This document shows, one piece after another, positions 14,950 to 28,370 of a stretch of 64,000 nt of DNA (the first letter of the stretch is position 1; each line of letters starts with the position of its first letter). Position numbers and translations under genes: made by a program. This DNA comes from Camelus ferus (taxonomy: Eukaryota). Under the pieces are notes generated by a model. It saw nothing but the letters and a program-made list of their open reading frames with translations. It had not been told where the DNA came from and did not search any database. The DNA lies in contig NC_045696.1 of assembly GCF_009834535.1 (NCBI RefSeq), positions 77,626,001-77,690,000 of the forward strand, given 5' to 3'.

Positions 14950-16667
14950 GCATCTCCAAGTCGCTGCTCATTCTCAGAAGACTTTAGCTCCTGGCTCAGT
15001 CACTCTCTCTTACAAGAATTACTCCTGTCATTTCTTGGCAAGATCGATCTCTTGGAGACATAGCCTGGCCTCTCTTTCCTTAGCCTCTTTTCCACCATGA
15101 TCAGCTCCCACACTTACGTGGTCATACCCTAGCCTGGACACTGTCGTTACCAATACCTGCACTCTTTATATGACCACATTTCCGACAGTCCCATTCACTG
15201 GCCATCAGCAGATTAGTCTTTTCGGCTTACTTTTCCTCAATTCTTTGATCTTGCCAAGAAATAAAGTTGGTTGACCCTCCTTCCTTTGTACTCCCTGTCA
15301 TTCCCTTCCTAGTCTCACTTTAACCCAGACCCAGTTTACATACTTTGGTCCATCACTGTGAGTGCTCCTTTACAGACACCGTCATTCTTCTTTACCTGAG
15401 CTTATCGAGCTTATCTAGTTGGTTGTCCGTCTCCTAGCAAAGCCCTAGCTCTGATTAAATCCAACTCTGCCAAGTTCTATGCCTGAGTCCCTAGCTGAAG
15501 GCTGGAAAAAATACACAATTCTGTTGAATTATCTCAGTTAAAGTATATTTCTTCTGAGTTCTTAATGCCACTCAAAATACCAATCCCATTGTCATGGTTC
15601 ATTCGCTCTACCACCCACCCCCAAACAACTATTTTATTGTTTTTCCAAATCTGAAGGGACTTGCCAAGAGCTCCCAGCACCACATTTACCCACGTGCCAT
15701 GCTTGCTGCCTTCCTGCACACTTTTAAGGATGGACTACTGCATTCATGACTAAGGCAATGTCCTTCCACCGTTATGCTGCTTCTATTCAAGAAAATCAGT
15801 CCAGCAATCCTCCTTTCACTCTCTTTAATCACATCTTCAGTCTCCATCAGATCATTCTCATCAAAATAAAAACATGCTAACCCTTCTCAGTTCCATGCTT
15901 TTCATCTGCCATTGCCTGTCCCCAATTTATCACTTCCCACTCTCTTTCGAACCCCTCGAAACCAGGCTATTTCTCATACTACTCTACTAAAATTGTTTTT
16001 GTTGAGATCACCAATGACCACCAAATGTCTAAATCCAATAGTCAATTTCAGTCCTCATTTCTCTTAATCTGTGGCAGTATTTGACAGAGCAGGTGACTCC
16101 CTCCTCTTTGAAAGCTTATATTCACTTAGTTCAGGATATCAAAGTCATTTTGTTTGTCTCTTATTCTTTCTCTACTCCTTCTTAGTCTCCTCCTCTGATT
16201 CTCCTTCTTTTCCCAATTTCTAAATGTACGCATGTCCAGAAATCTTAAACCTTTTCTGTCCTCTCTTTGCACTAAATCCTTTAGAAATCTCACCTGGGAC
16301 AACTCCCAAATTTATATTCCCCGACCAAATCTCTCCTCTGTACCCTGGATACAACCATAGTCAGTTCTGCTTTTTAAAACTTATCTTCAGAATGCAAATT
16401 TATTCTAACGTGATTGATAGTAGGGAAGAATTTGAGCAGAAAGCTAATTTAAAAATTACTTTGACTTATGGCAATTTTGTTCTACCATGTATGTATGTTT
16501 CTTATGTGCAGAGGTTTTTATTTTGTTTTATTTATTTATTTATTTATTTACTGGCTGGGTTTTTTGTTTTGTTTTGTTTTTTGTTTTCTTTCTTCATTTT
16601 TGGTCATAGAATTGTACCAGGCATACAGTGGGTGCTCAGTAAATATTTGTTAAATGAATTAATAAAT
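14950..16667 (+). mobile_element. L2 LINE relic, interrupted by other insertions
   Basis: Pyrimidine-rich L2 body (atcaccaatgacc...aaatccaatagtcaatttcagtcctcat...gcagtatttgaca) and 3' terminus ggtgctcagtaaatatttgttaaatgaat. Confidence 0.7.
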
Positions 16668-18420
16668 GGGTTCAGGAGATCCTGTAAAGTCCATGAAGAG
16701 TACGTACAAACTTTCTGTACATATGTAATTCTCTGAGGAGAGAGACCATACTTTAGATATTCAAAGGGATCCCTAACTACCCCCAAAAAACAGAGTAGCA
16801 ATATAATTCTAATGGTGACCCACTGGGACTTTTTTCGACCTTCAGAAGTAGCCTATATTACTTAAAATGCTCATATAGGAATGATAATGCTAAACGATTG
16901 TGTTTATTTCGGGACTTCTAAAAATAAATCCAACTGTTTGAAAAAATGCGCTTTGGAACTTAAGATGACACTATTGCTATTGCTTTGGTTTTACTGGCTT
17001 TATTTGATTTAAAAAAACTCTTCATGTCTTTATCATAAAGGTATTAAACATTTATCATAGATTTGGACTCAGAAAAGCAACTTGTGAATCACTTATAATT
17101 CTATTGTACAGTGTTACTATTTCACAGTATACTCCTTGAGGCTCCTTTCTATGCATGTGAATTATTCTTTATAGATAGACGATGCTTTATGTAATATAAA
17201 TAACAGTCTCCTCCTTTTGTTCTCTGAAAGTTCTAAGTATAATATGCAGCATCAGCTGAATTTTTTAAAGTATGAAAATGATGACAAAAACAAAATAGTC
17301 TACAGAACAAAATAAATGCTTTAAAAAATCCTTGAAAAAATATATTTATTATTCACAGAAGCTTTTAACCCTTTACTTATATCTATTTTTATTTTATGAA
17401 GTATTTATACTTGGTTACTCAGTTTCTAAGAAATATTCTAGAAATAGAAAATTTTCAGTGGAAGACAGAGTGACTGCTACACGTAGTCACACTAACAACA
17501 ATATAAAAGAAGCTTGACGAAAAGTAGAGAAAGTAGAGATGAGCTTAAGTATACCAAAAGCAGAGTAGTACGAGGCCTTGTAGGATTGGAGCAAACAGCC
17601 CTTAACAGCTCAATTGCTCCCAAGGTCATGGGTTTTACAGTCACTAAAATAAAAGTCGTAAGAATCATTGAGGGGGAAAAATACTGTAGTAGTGTAGTAG
17701 TCATCTCTGAATTAGAGCCAACCCAGGTAGTCAAAATTTAAAAAAAAAAGTATGAAACTTTCAGATACTAGAACTACTTGGCTCTTTAGAATAATCCATT
17801 TTCCAAGAATTATTGCTTCAGTACTATAGTTAAAACGTTGGCTTTTATATTGAGAAGTACGTGTCTACAAATAACCTGATAGGAAGTGTATGACTCCAAG
17901 AGGAGGAGGAGGATGCCTTCTGTAATTACAATACTGCCCTTTGTATTTGGTGAACAAAGGCAAACTAGAAGTTTAACTGAAAGATTAGATGAAGGGAAAA
18001 TAAAAGTAATTATTAGGGTGGTGTTTGAATTCTGTAGAAAGATGTATATTCAACAACGAAGGAACTGAAATAGAGACTATGGAAGTAATTTCCCTATTTC
18101 TTCCTTGTCATCCTCAACCTAGGGTGAGCCAACACTTCACTCAGATGGAATGGGGCCCATACCTCACGGAAACCAGTATCGAAGGAGAAAGGTCTGGGCC
18201 AGTCTTGCTTATACACTGACTGAATATTAGGTACAGCTCATTCTTGTTGACATGGCAGCCAACATTCTTCTAAGCCCTTCCCACGATTATCCTCCGTAGG
18301 AAGCGAGGTGCTACATCACCACAACCGGTGAGACAGTGGGTGACTTTATCCGTGCTCTGTTGCAAATTAGTTGAGCAATTTTTCATTTGCTAAAATTACT
18401 ATAACTCAAAGAAAAATTAC

Positions 18421-18514
18421 CTTTAAGGCTGTTTTGAACTTCTAAAGCTATATCGAGAGCATTAAAGGGCAGAATCGGTCCATCGGCAATTTGCAAAATC
18501 ACTTCTCCCAGGAG
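18421..18514 (-). CDS. NAALADL2: NAALADL2 internal coding exon (94 bp; probably third-to-last, human exon 12 equivalent)
   Basis: Not in the ORF track; read manually. Minus strand: polypyrimidine tract ctctctctttcag| then LLGEVILQIADGPILPFNALDIALEVQNSLK+G |gtaatt. Matches recalled human LSGEVILQIANEPVLPFNALDIALEVQNNLKG. Phase 0 in, phase 1 out. Confidence 0.93.
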
Positions 18515-20600
18515 CTGAAAGAGAGAGAGGGAAAAAATGCTAGCATTTAGTACTAACGGTTTGTGTGTGTGTGTTTTTCATTATCTCATACACACTTATA
18601 CTCTTACCCAGAATGGAAAAAAACCCAGAGGGAAAAATATATTTTTATAAAATCTCTTTCATTTAAGCCTCTTTTTAATTTTATATATATTTTTCTATTA
18701 AAAAAATCCTCATTATCTTTTTCATGTCTCAGAAAAGCATAGGAAAAGATAACATTTTCTTTCTTTTGGGGGCCTAAAATATTAAGAAAACTCTCCTAGC
18801 TGAAGGAGTTGTAATATTTAAACTTTGAAGCAATTTTTTATCAAACAGTTCAGAATGTCATGTGATAAAACAATCACGAGGAACAGCTGAAAATCAATAG
18901 CTGGTTATTGGACTAAGTAAAATTCCAGATAGTTTGAATGATCAATTTATTTCACCGAAGACAGATTTAATTTTAAAAATCCTTTAAAATCTTAGGTACT
19001 ATTTTCTTAATGCTTTACTTTATTCCTAATTATGTTTCCAAAATTTATCAAAATTAATACCATTTCTGCATCTTGCAGATCAATGTTTAAATTAAATTTA
19101 AAAAGTATAAACTTTTAAATGGCATCCCCCAAACTCACATCTGGAATTCTCACACATGCATATGCCCCCAACACTGCACTCAAAACTATGTTTGAAAACC
19201 AACATATGCAGTGCAGCTGAACTAGCAACTGCCTAATAGACTGAACAAGTCGTCTGCATTTTTATTCATCTCAAAGGAACTTGGGGCTGGCGGCAAATGC
19301 CATTTTTACTCTCCCCTGCTCTCTCAAGTGATATTTAATATTTACCTGGGCTTAACAAATGTCCCTACATCTCTTAAAACCCTGAAGCTGGCACACAGGG
19401 AAATGTGGCTGTGTTGATGTTATTAATGCACTATGAAATGTTGTTAGTGAATGAAAACATTATCTCGTGAAACAACACAGGGGAAATTAGTACACTAACT
19501 TGAGACAGTGTGTTACACATAAAAGAAATAACGTACAAGGAAAATGTGATGTTAAATATTCAAATCTACATATTCAACAAGGGTCAGATTCCATTTAATA
19601 TTTAAAAGTTATATTTCCCAGTTGTTTGCACTGTTTATATCATGATGAAAGTACAATTTAATTTGGTCCTCTTCTACATGATTGGGGAAATGCACTTCTT
19701 AGAAATGGAAACACCTTTGATATCCCCCCCCTTTTTTTTTTTGAGATGTTTTTCCCTCCCGAATGTAGCAACCACTTCTCCCCAAATGCCTAAGGTACAT
19801 TTGCAGAGTTTTATTTCCAGCATATGATCACAAAAATCCTGGGAAACTGCCTACTCTTAACTATGCTGTACTCCAGGAAAAAAGCATTATCTGCGGTAGG
19901 TTGATATGGACCCTATTTCTATTCCACTCTACCCTCTCCAAATTATTCAAGGAACACCAATATTTGGAAATAAATTATTTGTAAAAGGGATATTTAAAGA
20001 AGATTAAGAAGCATTAGGGTCTCTTTTTCCAATTTGCACTGAAGACTAGAAACTCCAAGACAGGTTTTGTTTACACTTTCAGAATCTGGAAATCTTATCT
20101 TGCAAAAGATTAAAATAAAAGAATGGGGAGGGAGAGAAAAGGTGGCTTCTCTGAATGCTGCTGGAGAAAGTTGTTTTGTTTTAGTTTTCTTAAGAGTCAT
20201 TTGGCAGCTCGAACAACTGGAATATAATCCAGCCACCTTGTTATGTCTTTCAAAAAGAACCTGGCAACAAATATTGGGGCTTCTGAGGCACCTGGGCCAT
20301 GGTAGAATGCTTCAACTCAATCAGCTTTATCTGCAGCTCCATAAGCAGGAGGGAGATTTGTATATACCTTGTCATGCAGCGAGAAGAGAGGAGCCCTACT
20401 GCACGCACTTGCTGCCCATTCTGGACGTCACTTGTATTCAGGCACACCAAGGCAACCTTCCCTTATCTTTATATAAAGCCCCATTCTTTTCAGAGTGCTT
20501 TACACCCATTTCATTATCTCATTTCATTATCTTGCCAAGCCTAGAGACAGATAGTGGAGGAATTAATCCCATATTAACAACACTGAGTATATGCCTTACT

Positions 20601-23600
20601 GGTTTCCCATCCAAGATGGTGACAGCAGTTTCCCGAGCTTATCTCCTCCAAGGGACACATTGAATCTACAGCTATACATCATGAAATAATTTCCTCTGAA
20701 AAAACTCCAGAAACTAGCTAAGAGACTCCTACCCATTGGGTGAACAGGGAAAAAACCCACACTGAAATGAGTAAGAAAGGCTGAGACCCGCTTTTGCCAT
20801 AAACCCCACCCCATCACAGTGACATTCAATAGGGAAAGAACTCACAACTCCCACTTTCTCCCTGAGGAGAGAAGGGCTTAGATCTGACCTCCAGTGCCCC
20901 ATCTTTTAAGACTTCCACCTGAGGGTCAAGTCCCCAAAATATCTAGCTCTGAAAGCCAGTGGGGCTGTTTTCACAAGATACACAACACTATAGCAAACAA
21001 ACAGTTCTTGATGGGCTCATGAGGACTCATTGTGGTTCTCCCCTACAGCTCAACACAGGCAACAGGAAGAAAAAAACAAACAAAAAAACCCACGCCCATC
21101 TCCCAGTCTCTTCCTGAAATAGACCTATAGGCCTATTTGAATACTTGGAAGATTTTCTGCCTGAGGGTCAGGCCTCTAATTTAGCTCACAGCTAGGGACA
21201 GATCCTCCCTAGAGATCAGGAAAGCCAAGAGACTCCATCTCAGTATTCTCCCTGTGGCCAGCTCCAAACTACCAGTTTCTCCCCAGAGGAGCTTATAGAC
21301 ACACCTGGCACCCTGGCTTTTGTAGTTGCCACTCAGGGGACATACTCTTTGGTCATTTGGCTATGATGGCCAGCATAATTTGCATTTATGGGTCCCGCAG
21401 AACTGGAGCAAACAAAGAAACACTTTTAAACTGTGCTCAGCACAGAAGGAGCAGACAGAAATGCCCACCTCCTAGTTTTTCCCTGAAAGAGGTTTATTTA
21501 CATACTTTAAAAAAGCTGTTTTTTTCTGAGAGTCTGGCTGCTAATTAGCCTGCATCTAGGCGCTGACTGAGATCTTTCACTCTGGGACACAAATAGGTCT
21601 TGGCACACCCTCAACTACTGGAAGCCACTAAAGAAAAGAAGGAGGCTTGGGCAATCACAGAGGTTTGAGATACAATCAAGAGCTAGGGCCAGGCTGAATG
21701 AGAAGTTTCGTATCCTACACAAGAGCATTCCTCATGAGTGGGAGAGGTGGCTGTTTCATCTAATGCACAGAAATCAACACAGAGTCAAGGAAAATAAAGA
21801 AACAGATAAATATGTTCCAAACAAAAGTACAAGCTAAAACTCCAGAAAGAGACCTTAAGGATATGAGGCTAAGTGAGTTACCTAAAGAGTTCAAAGTAAG
21901 GTCACAAATTTGCTCACCGAAGTCAGGAGAACAATGCATTAACAAAGTAAGAATTTCAGTGAAGACAGAGAACATCAATATTCACATTATATGGGTCCAA
22001 AAGAAGAAAGAGAGAAAGGAATAGAAAGCATATCAAAGAAATAATGGCCAAAAACTTTCCTATCCTGGAAAAAGAAACAGACATCCAGATCCAGGAATCT
22101 TAGACAGTTCCAAGAAGAGTCCAAACAGACCCACAGAGAGACACATTAAAATTAAATTATCAAAGCTAAAGAGAAGGAGAGAATCTTAAAAGCAGCAAGA
22201 GAAAAAAAAACTTGTTACATACAAGGGAATCTCTTAAGAATTTCAGCAGATTTTTCAGGAGAAACTTTGTAAGCCAGGAGAGACTGAGGTGATATATTCA
22301 AAGTGCTGAAAGAAAATATTGTCAACCAGGAATACTCTACCCAGCAAAACTGAAAGAGAGATAGAGTTTTCCACACAAGCAAGAGCTTAAGAAGTTCATC
22401 ACCACTAGACCAGTCTTATATGTTAAAGGAAATTCTTCAAGCTGGAATGAAAGGACACTAATTAGTAATAGGAAAACATATGGAAGTATAAATTTCACTG
22501 GGAAAAATAAATATATAGTTAAATTCAGAATACTCTAATCCCTCATGGTGCTGGGCAAATCACTTATAAATTAGTATGAAGGTTTGAAGATAAAGGTATT
22601 AAAAGTACTTATAGTGACAGTAATTTTAAATGGATTTACAAGTTAAAATATCAATTTGACAGCAAAAATCAAAAGTGGGGAGAATGTGAGTAAAAATATA
22701 GAACTTTGGTATGTGTTGGAACCTAAGTTGTTATCAACTTAAAATAGACTGTTATAAATATAAGATGTTTTATATAAGCCTGATGGTAACCATAAAGTAA
22801 AAACCTAGAATAGACACAGAAAAGATAAAAAGTAAAGACTCTAAGCATATCACTACCAAAAGTGTTCAAATCACAAAGGAAGAGAGCAAAAGAATTACAA
22901 AATAGCCAGAAAACAATTAACAGGATGTCAATAGTCCATACCTATTAATTATTACTTTAAATGTAAATGGACTAAATTCTCCAATGAAAAGACATACAGA
23001 GGCTGAACAGATGAAAACACAAGAGATTCATTGCAGCTTTAAGGACCCACAGAACCTGAAAGTGAAGGGATGGACAAAGATACTTCATACAAATGGAAAC
23101 CCAAACAAAACAGGGGTGACTATACTTATATAAGACAAAGACTATAGTATGAGACAAAGGAAGTCATTATACAACGATAAAAGAATCACTCCAACAAGAG
23201 GATGTAATATGTAAATATTTATGGACTCAGGAGCATCTAAACATGTAAAACAAATATTAACAAACCTGAAGGGAGAAAAAGACAGCAATGCAATAATAGT
23301 AGGGGCTTCTATATCTAATTTTCAACAATAAATAGACTATTCAGACAGAAAATCCATATAGAAACATTAGACTTAAACTGGACATTAGATGAGATGGACC
23401 TAATAGACATTTATAGAACATTCCAACCAACAGCAGCAGAATATACATTCTTCTCAAATGCACATGGAATATTCTCCAGGACAGATCACATGTTAGACCA
23501 CAAAACAAGTCTTAATAAATTTGAGAAGACTGAAATCACATCCAGCATCTTTTTCCAACCCCAATGTTATGAAACTAGAAATCAATGACAAGAATAAAAC

Positions 23601-23627
23601 TGGAAAATTCAAAAACATGTCTAGATT
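20601..23627 (+). mobile_element. Old L1 5' half (5'UTR, decayed ORF1, spacer, ORF2 endonuclease), truncated at the 3' side
   Basis: Starts near ccaagatggtg; ORF1 remnants (NFPIL, ILKAAREK, SADFS, ILYPAKL); endonuclease remnant MDLIDIYRTFQPTAAEYTFFSNAHGIFSRTDHML at 23394-23588. Confidence 0.9.
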
Positions 23628-24571
23628 CAGAGTGGTATAGTGTCTCATTGGCTCAGGCAACTGAGGTCCATGACGTTGGCAACTGGGTGATCCCTGACAG
23701 TAAGATCTGTGGGGGGTCCTGAGTGGCTGCAAGGACTGTTGGGGTCCTCAGTAGCAAGGGACCGGGGCAGGTGGTGGGGATAGCTGGAGTCAGTGGTGTA
23801 CACATGCTCAGCTGCAGGCACATACACGTTGGGAAGGACCTGGACCAGTGGCAGGGGCTGGGGGCGACTGGGTGCATGAGCAGCTACAGCTACAGGACTC
23901 ACGTAGCTGTAAAGGCAAGTGCAGGCTCATGCACTGTAGCAGGGCCCAGGGACAGAAGCCAGTGCCAGCAGCACCTGAATTTGAAGTAACAGGAGCTACC
24001 GGCAGGCAGATGTAGTGGTGCAGGCCTCTGATCGGAGGTGGGACTGGCTCCCGGTACAGGGGCAGCTGTGGGGGCCTTGGTTGTCATCATGTACTCACGT
24101 GGCCTCAGGGGCTAGCCATAGGTGTGCACACAACAGTAGAGGATGGGGACGGGAGTCGGGGCCAAGGGTGTGTTGGTGCACAGCTACACAGGGACTAGCT
24201 GTCGGTGTGAATGGAGGTGCAGGCTAGTGACAGGAGTTGGGGCCAGCTCCTTTGTGCAGAGCCCTGAAAGGCTGGGGAAGCTGGTCACTCATTCTGCTCT
24301 CTATCTTCCTACAATAAGAACCCTCTCTGTCCACAGAATTCCCTCTTGGCACTGAGCAGTGCCGGCCTAGGGGAAGGAACCATACAGGCAAAATGTGTGT
24401 TGCTTTTGTGTGGTTATTCTCAGGTTATGTTGTTCCACTAAGTGCTGAAGCTTCTTTAGTGGACTCCTGAGCTCTGCCAGGGCTATTTTCATTCTTGGAT
24501 AGCTGTCTTACTGTCTTTGTGGATGGAGGCTGGGATCTCCTACTCTAACATCTTGGTGACATCACTCCCCC
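23628..24571 (-). mobile_element. Inverted old L1 5'UTR fragment (L1MA/L1M2-like 5' end)
   Basis: Minus strand begins gggggagtgatgtcaccaagatgttagagtagg, a decayed form of the tgacgtcagcaagatggcggagtagg L1 start, followed by GC-rich degenerate repeats. Family assignment is from recall. Confidence 0.7.
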
Positions 24572-27500
24572 GAACTGTCTGAAATTTCATTATAATAACT
24601 TCACAAGCCCACAATCTGCCTTTGTCCTTCTTCCTTCATGCTTCCCAGATTGTCCTACCCCGACCAGAGGATAAAGAATATGTCAGAATAAAAAAAGAAA
24701 AAAAAAGTCTTACCGAAAAAAAAAAAGGATTACTATATTAAGAAATGAGTTAATGAATACCACCATGCAAAAGTTTTCCTCTCTTACTAAATATTATTGA
24801 TGTCTCCAAAATTAGTGGTTTCATTGGCATTAGACAAGATCAGGTGTTAGAAAGAAAATAATTACTAACGGAGCCTTCTTTTAGATTTTTAGGGTAACAA
24901 AGGCAAATTACAGTTATTCCATATGAACGTTTCTCTTTCTTAAGCATGAAATAATTTTAGTTGTATTTAAAGGTTCAAAAGAGTGTTTTTAGAAACTTAA
25001 TAAAGGGAAATACACATATACATGCCCTTTTGGCTTAAATTTTATAAGTAACAATCTTCTGCCTTGTAGGCAGGTATTTTTTACAGTCTCTGACTTTGTC
25101 ACAAATCTTTTGCCACCAGTCTAGAGAAACAAAAGAAGGTGTTTGTTTAATAAACTATGAATATCTGGAATAGGGCCATTTCTCCCCCTGCCTCAATTAT
25201 TGTATTGGTGACTGTATTAGCAATAAATACTTCCAATAAATTTACTAGTTAATACAGGAACAATGTAATTGGATGTAACTAGGTTCATTACAGTGATACC
25301 AATACCATGGTTCTGTAATGTAATTTCTTTTTACCTACAAGCAGAGACACTCAGTAAACATGTGGTTTGTTCCATTTTTATAATTCTAAAGGAACCACAG
25401 TTTCTACCTCATACCTAAGCTGCTAGTTAAAATATCACTGTGGGACTGTCTTTATGTCCTGACTCAGACTTAAAATGCAGCCTCACCCCACTCTAGAAGG
25501 TAGTGCTGTGAGATCATCATCACACCTGTTTTATAGGTTAGTGTGAGAGAGAGACTGAGAGAGACTGGTCGCTGCGGCAAGGGCTGACATAACACGACAA
25601 ACGGCAGATGAATCATGAACCACCCCCCTAGTATTATTTGGGCCTTTATTGTGTGATCATCACTGCGCTATGAGGGAGAAAAGAGGACTATAAGGCAGTT
25701 TCTCCCCTTAAGATTTTCTTTTCTGTTAGTGACAAATCTTACCACTCTTACACAATGAGAGGGAGAAGTTAACCGTATAAAATTAGCGTACATGAATCTT
25801 TCGTTTCCTACGAGGCACTGTTTTCTATCTCGCTTCTAACACACCATGAACTTAGACCACATGTGATTTTTGGGCTCCAGAATCTAGAGTGTAAAGGGGG
25901 AAAGATATTCCAGACAAGGGAAATAAAAGGAGCAAAAAACCCTGGGTAGAAAGAAGCACAGGTGTTTTAGAGAAACATGAAAAACACTAGTGAGACTGCA
26001 ATGGAGTTATTGGTTAGTGCAAAGTACGTGTGTGTGTGGAGTGTGGGGCAAGGAGTCAGAAAACCCTAAAACTCAGTCAAGACAGGTGGTCGTGATTCAG
26101 CGGTCTGTAGGGAGTCCTTCCGCCTGCCCTCCACTTTCAGAGCAGAGGTGTTATCTGACAAGTTATGTCCTGGTGAGAGTCTTCGTAACGTGCCTTTGTG
26201 CTGCATGGCGCCCCTTCAGGCTGCTGTGTTCATCATGAAGTGACCTGGCACTCATTTATGTCACTTTACAGGATAGGAGAAAAATCCCTATTTAGCAACA
26301 AATGCCCTGTGGATAGCACACTTCAGGGCAGGCCAGCCATGGGCAAGGGGACCTGGGGGGTCTCCCTGGAGATGAGCAGAGCATCCCAGCCCTCAGGATC
26401 CCTTCCAGAGCTGCGACGTCAGGAGGCAGAGGAAGCAAGGGTGTACTCCTGACATACCAGCCAGTTTTCCCAGCAAAAGGAGAAATTTAAATGGCACTAT
26501 ACAAACTTGGTGCACAAAATCTATGTTTCTAATATGACTAAAATTCAGCATTAAGACCCTCATTATCTCTCACCTGGAATACTCCACACTAATTGATCTA
26601 AATGTTTGCCTGTAACCCATTCTCCACATTATAGCTAGAGCTCTGCAGTTATCTATTGAACACATATTTTCTGTGAACCCCCAAAATACAGACCTGTCTC
26701 TGCCACTTCCTTTCTGTGGTTCCTCTTTAGCTTTGGAAAAATTGATGGTATCCAACACTCAACTCAAAAATCTATATTCTGGCAAGTCTATTTATGGAAA
26801 AAAATGACTTGACTTGAAAATAACACTTTCTTAGAAAATCAAGGACTTATATATTCCCCACAACTATTAAAAAGTATCACTTCAGATCAAACCCACTTCA
26901 CAGAAACCAGTGAGCAAAACTTAAATGCCACAGCTGCCCCCTCAGCCCTCGGAGGGACTGCCCTGTAAAAGCTGCACAAAGAAGTGGAGACACCCAGTCC
27001 CCCTGAAAGAGACCTCCAGTTGTTACCAATGGATGACTTGAGGCCTCCTTCTCATGGAGAAGTTTGGATGAGATACACAGGAGGCCTTGCCGAAGACCTT
27101 GTTTCCACTGCTCTGCACACACATCTGCTAAGCTCAACAGTGGTGGGGGGCGGGGACAGACAGGACTTGTTACAGAATTCCTAAGCTTCCAGGAAAGAAA
27201 TGGTTCAAGACCCCATCCTTTCCTTCTTAAGATTTCAAAGATTTTAGGTTTGATGGGCTGAGGTAGTCTCAAATGATGTTTACTGAAAGCAAAGGATTTG
27301 AAAAATCTATGAAGAATTCTAAAAGCTACTGACAGGAAAATTCATTTTAAGGAAAAGAAGGATTTTAATCAAGTAAAACATATGGGAGATTTCGTTCCTA
27401 AAATTTGTGGCTATTCTTAGGAACTCCTTGTAACCAATTCTATTGGTCTATGTTGGCAAACAGTGGTAAATCTGTGAACCCAGCATGGTTGTGAAACACC

Positions 27501-28019
27501 TATGGCTCTGGCTACCAAGAGAAGAGAGAGCCCTTTTCTCTCTAGGACCCTGAGAAACTATCATGTCTGCTACAGCTGCCAAGGGTTGAGCAAGAATTCT
27601 GGGCTATCTGGTTTGGGGGCTGACACATGTTTTCACGGCAGAGCTGCTGTGGCTGACAGACCACGCAAAAGCTCTCTGGGTCCCTTGGATATGATGGCAA
27701 ATTGATGCAACAGGGATTAAAGAAAGGAGGTATAAATGTGGTATTTATTGCCACAGCACTTTAATTTGATGATTAAAGACATGGGACCTTATTTTCTCCC
27801 CTAAACTGAAAAAAGTATAGTTTTTACAAACACACACTAACCACATGTGAAGGCCAGGGCATTAAAACACTAAGACTGCCTCTGCTAGCAAGAAACTTAC
27901 GGGTGAGGAATATGGACTCCCTGATTCTCCTCTCCTTTCCAGCCTCCGTTCCTGCTGCAAAGCCCAGCTCCTCTGTGTTCTCAGCCTAAAGTCTGACCAC
28001 ACAGGTTTACCATTAACCT

Positions 28020-28370
28020 TTACTGTGGCCTCCTCCAGAAACAGACTTGAGGCAGAATTTGTGTGCAAGTAGTTCACTGAGAGGAGAGGGTAACAAAATG
28101 AGGAGAGACAAGAAAGGGAAGGCAGCCAATAGGAGGCATTTGATCAAGTCACCTATCACTGTGGGTGACTGGAGCTTAATCCTGCTGGAGAATACCTGAG
28201 ACCCAGAATAAAATAGGCTCTTCAGAATTTTCTCTTAAAAACAGCAAGGGATCTGGGTTTTGATTCTTTAGCGCCCATAAGTCATTGGACAAGGATTGCT
28301 TCATGGAGGTGTTAAATCTTTAACCATCTGAACGGTTGTCCATGACCGAAGAAAGCCTTAGGCAAAGGAA
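28020..28370 (-). mobile_element. Old ERVL-type LTR fragment (LTR33-like)
   Basis: ccagaaacagacttgaggcagaatttgtgtgcaagtagtt...ggaaggcagccaat motifs, recognised from recall. Confidence 0.45.

Noticed and set aside
15398..15415. 9-bp tandem duplication gagcttatc (and gagagagact twice near 25548)
   Set aside because: Ordinary slippage microduplications with no sign of function.
16224..16736. 170-aa hydrophobic ORF
   Set aside because: Spans L2 and DNA-transposon relics and T-rich simple repeats; the hydrophobicity is compositional.
20067..20663. 198-aa ORF as a gene
   Set aside because: TTG start, no recognisable domain, and it runs through repeat-derived sequence into an L1 5' end.
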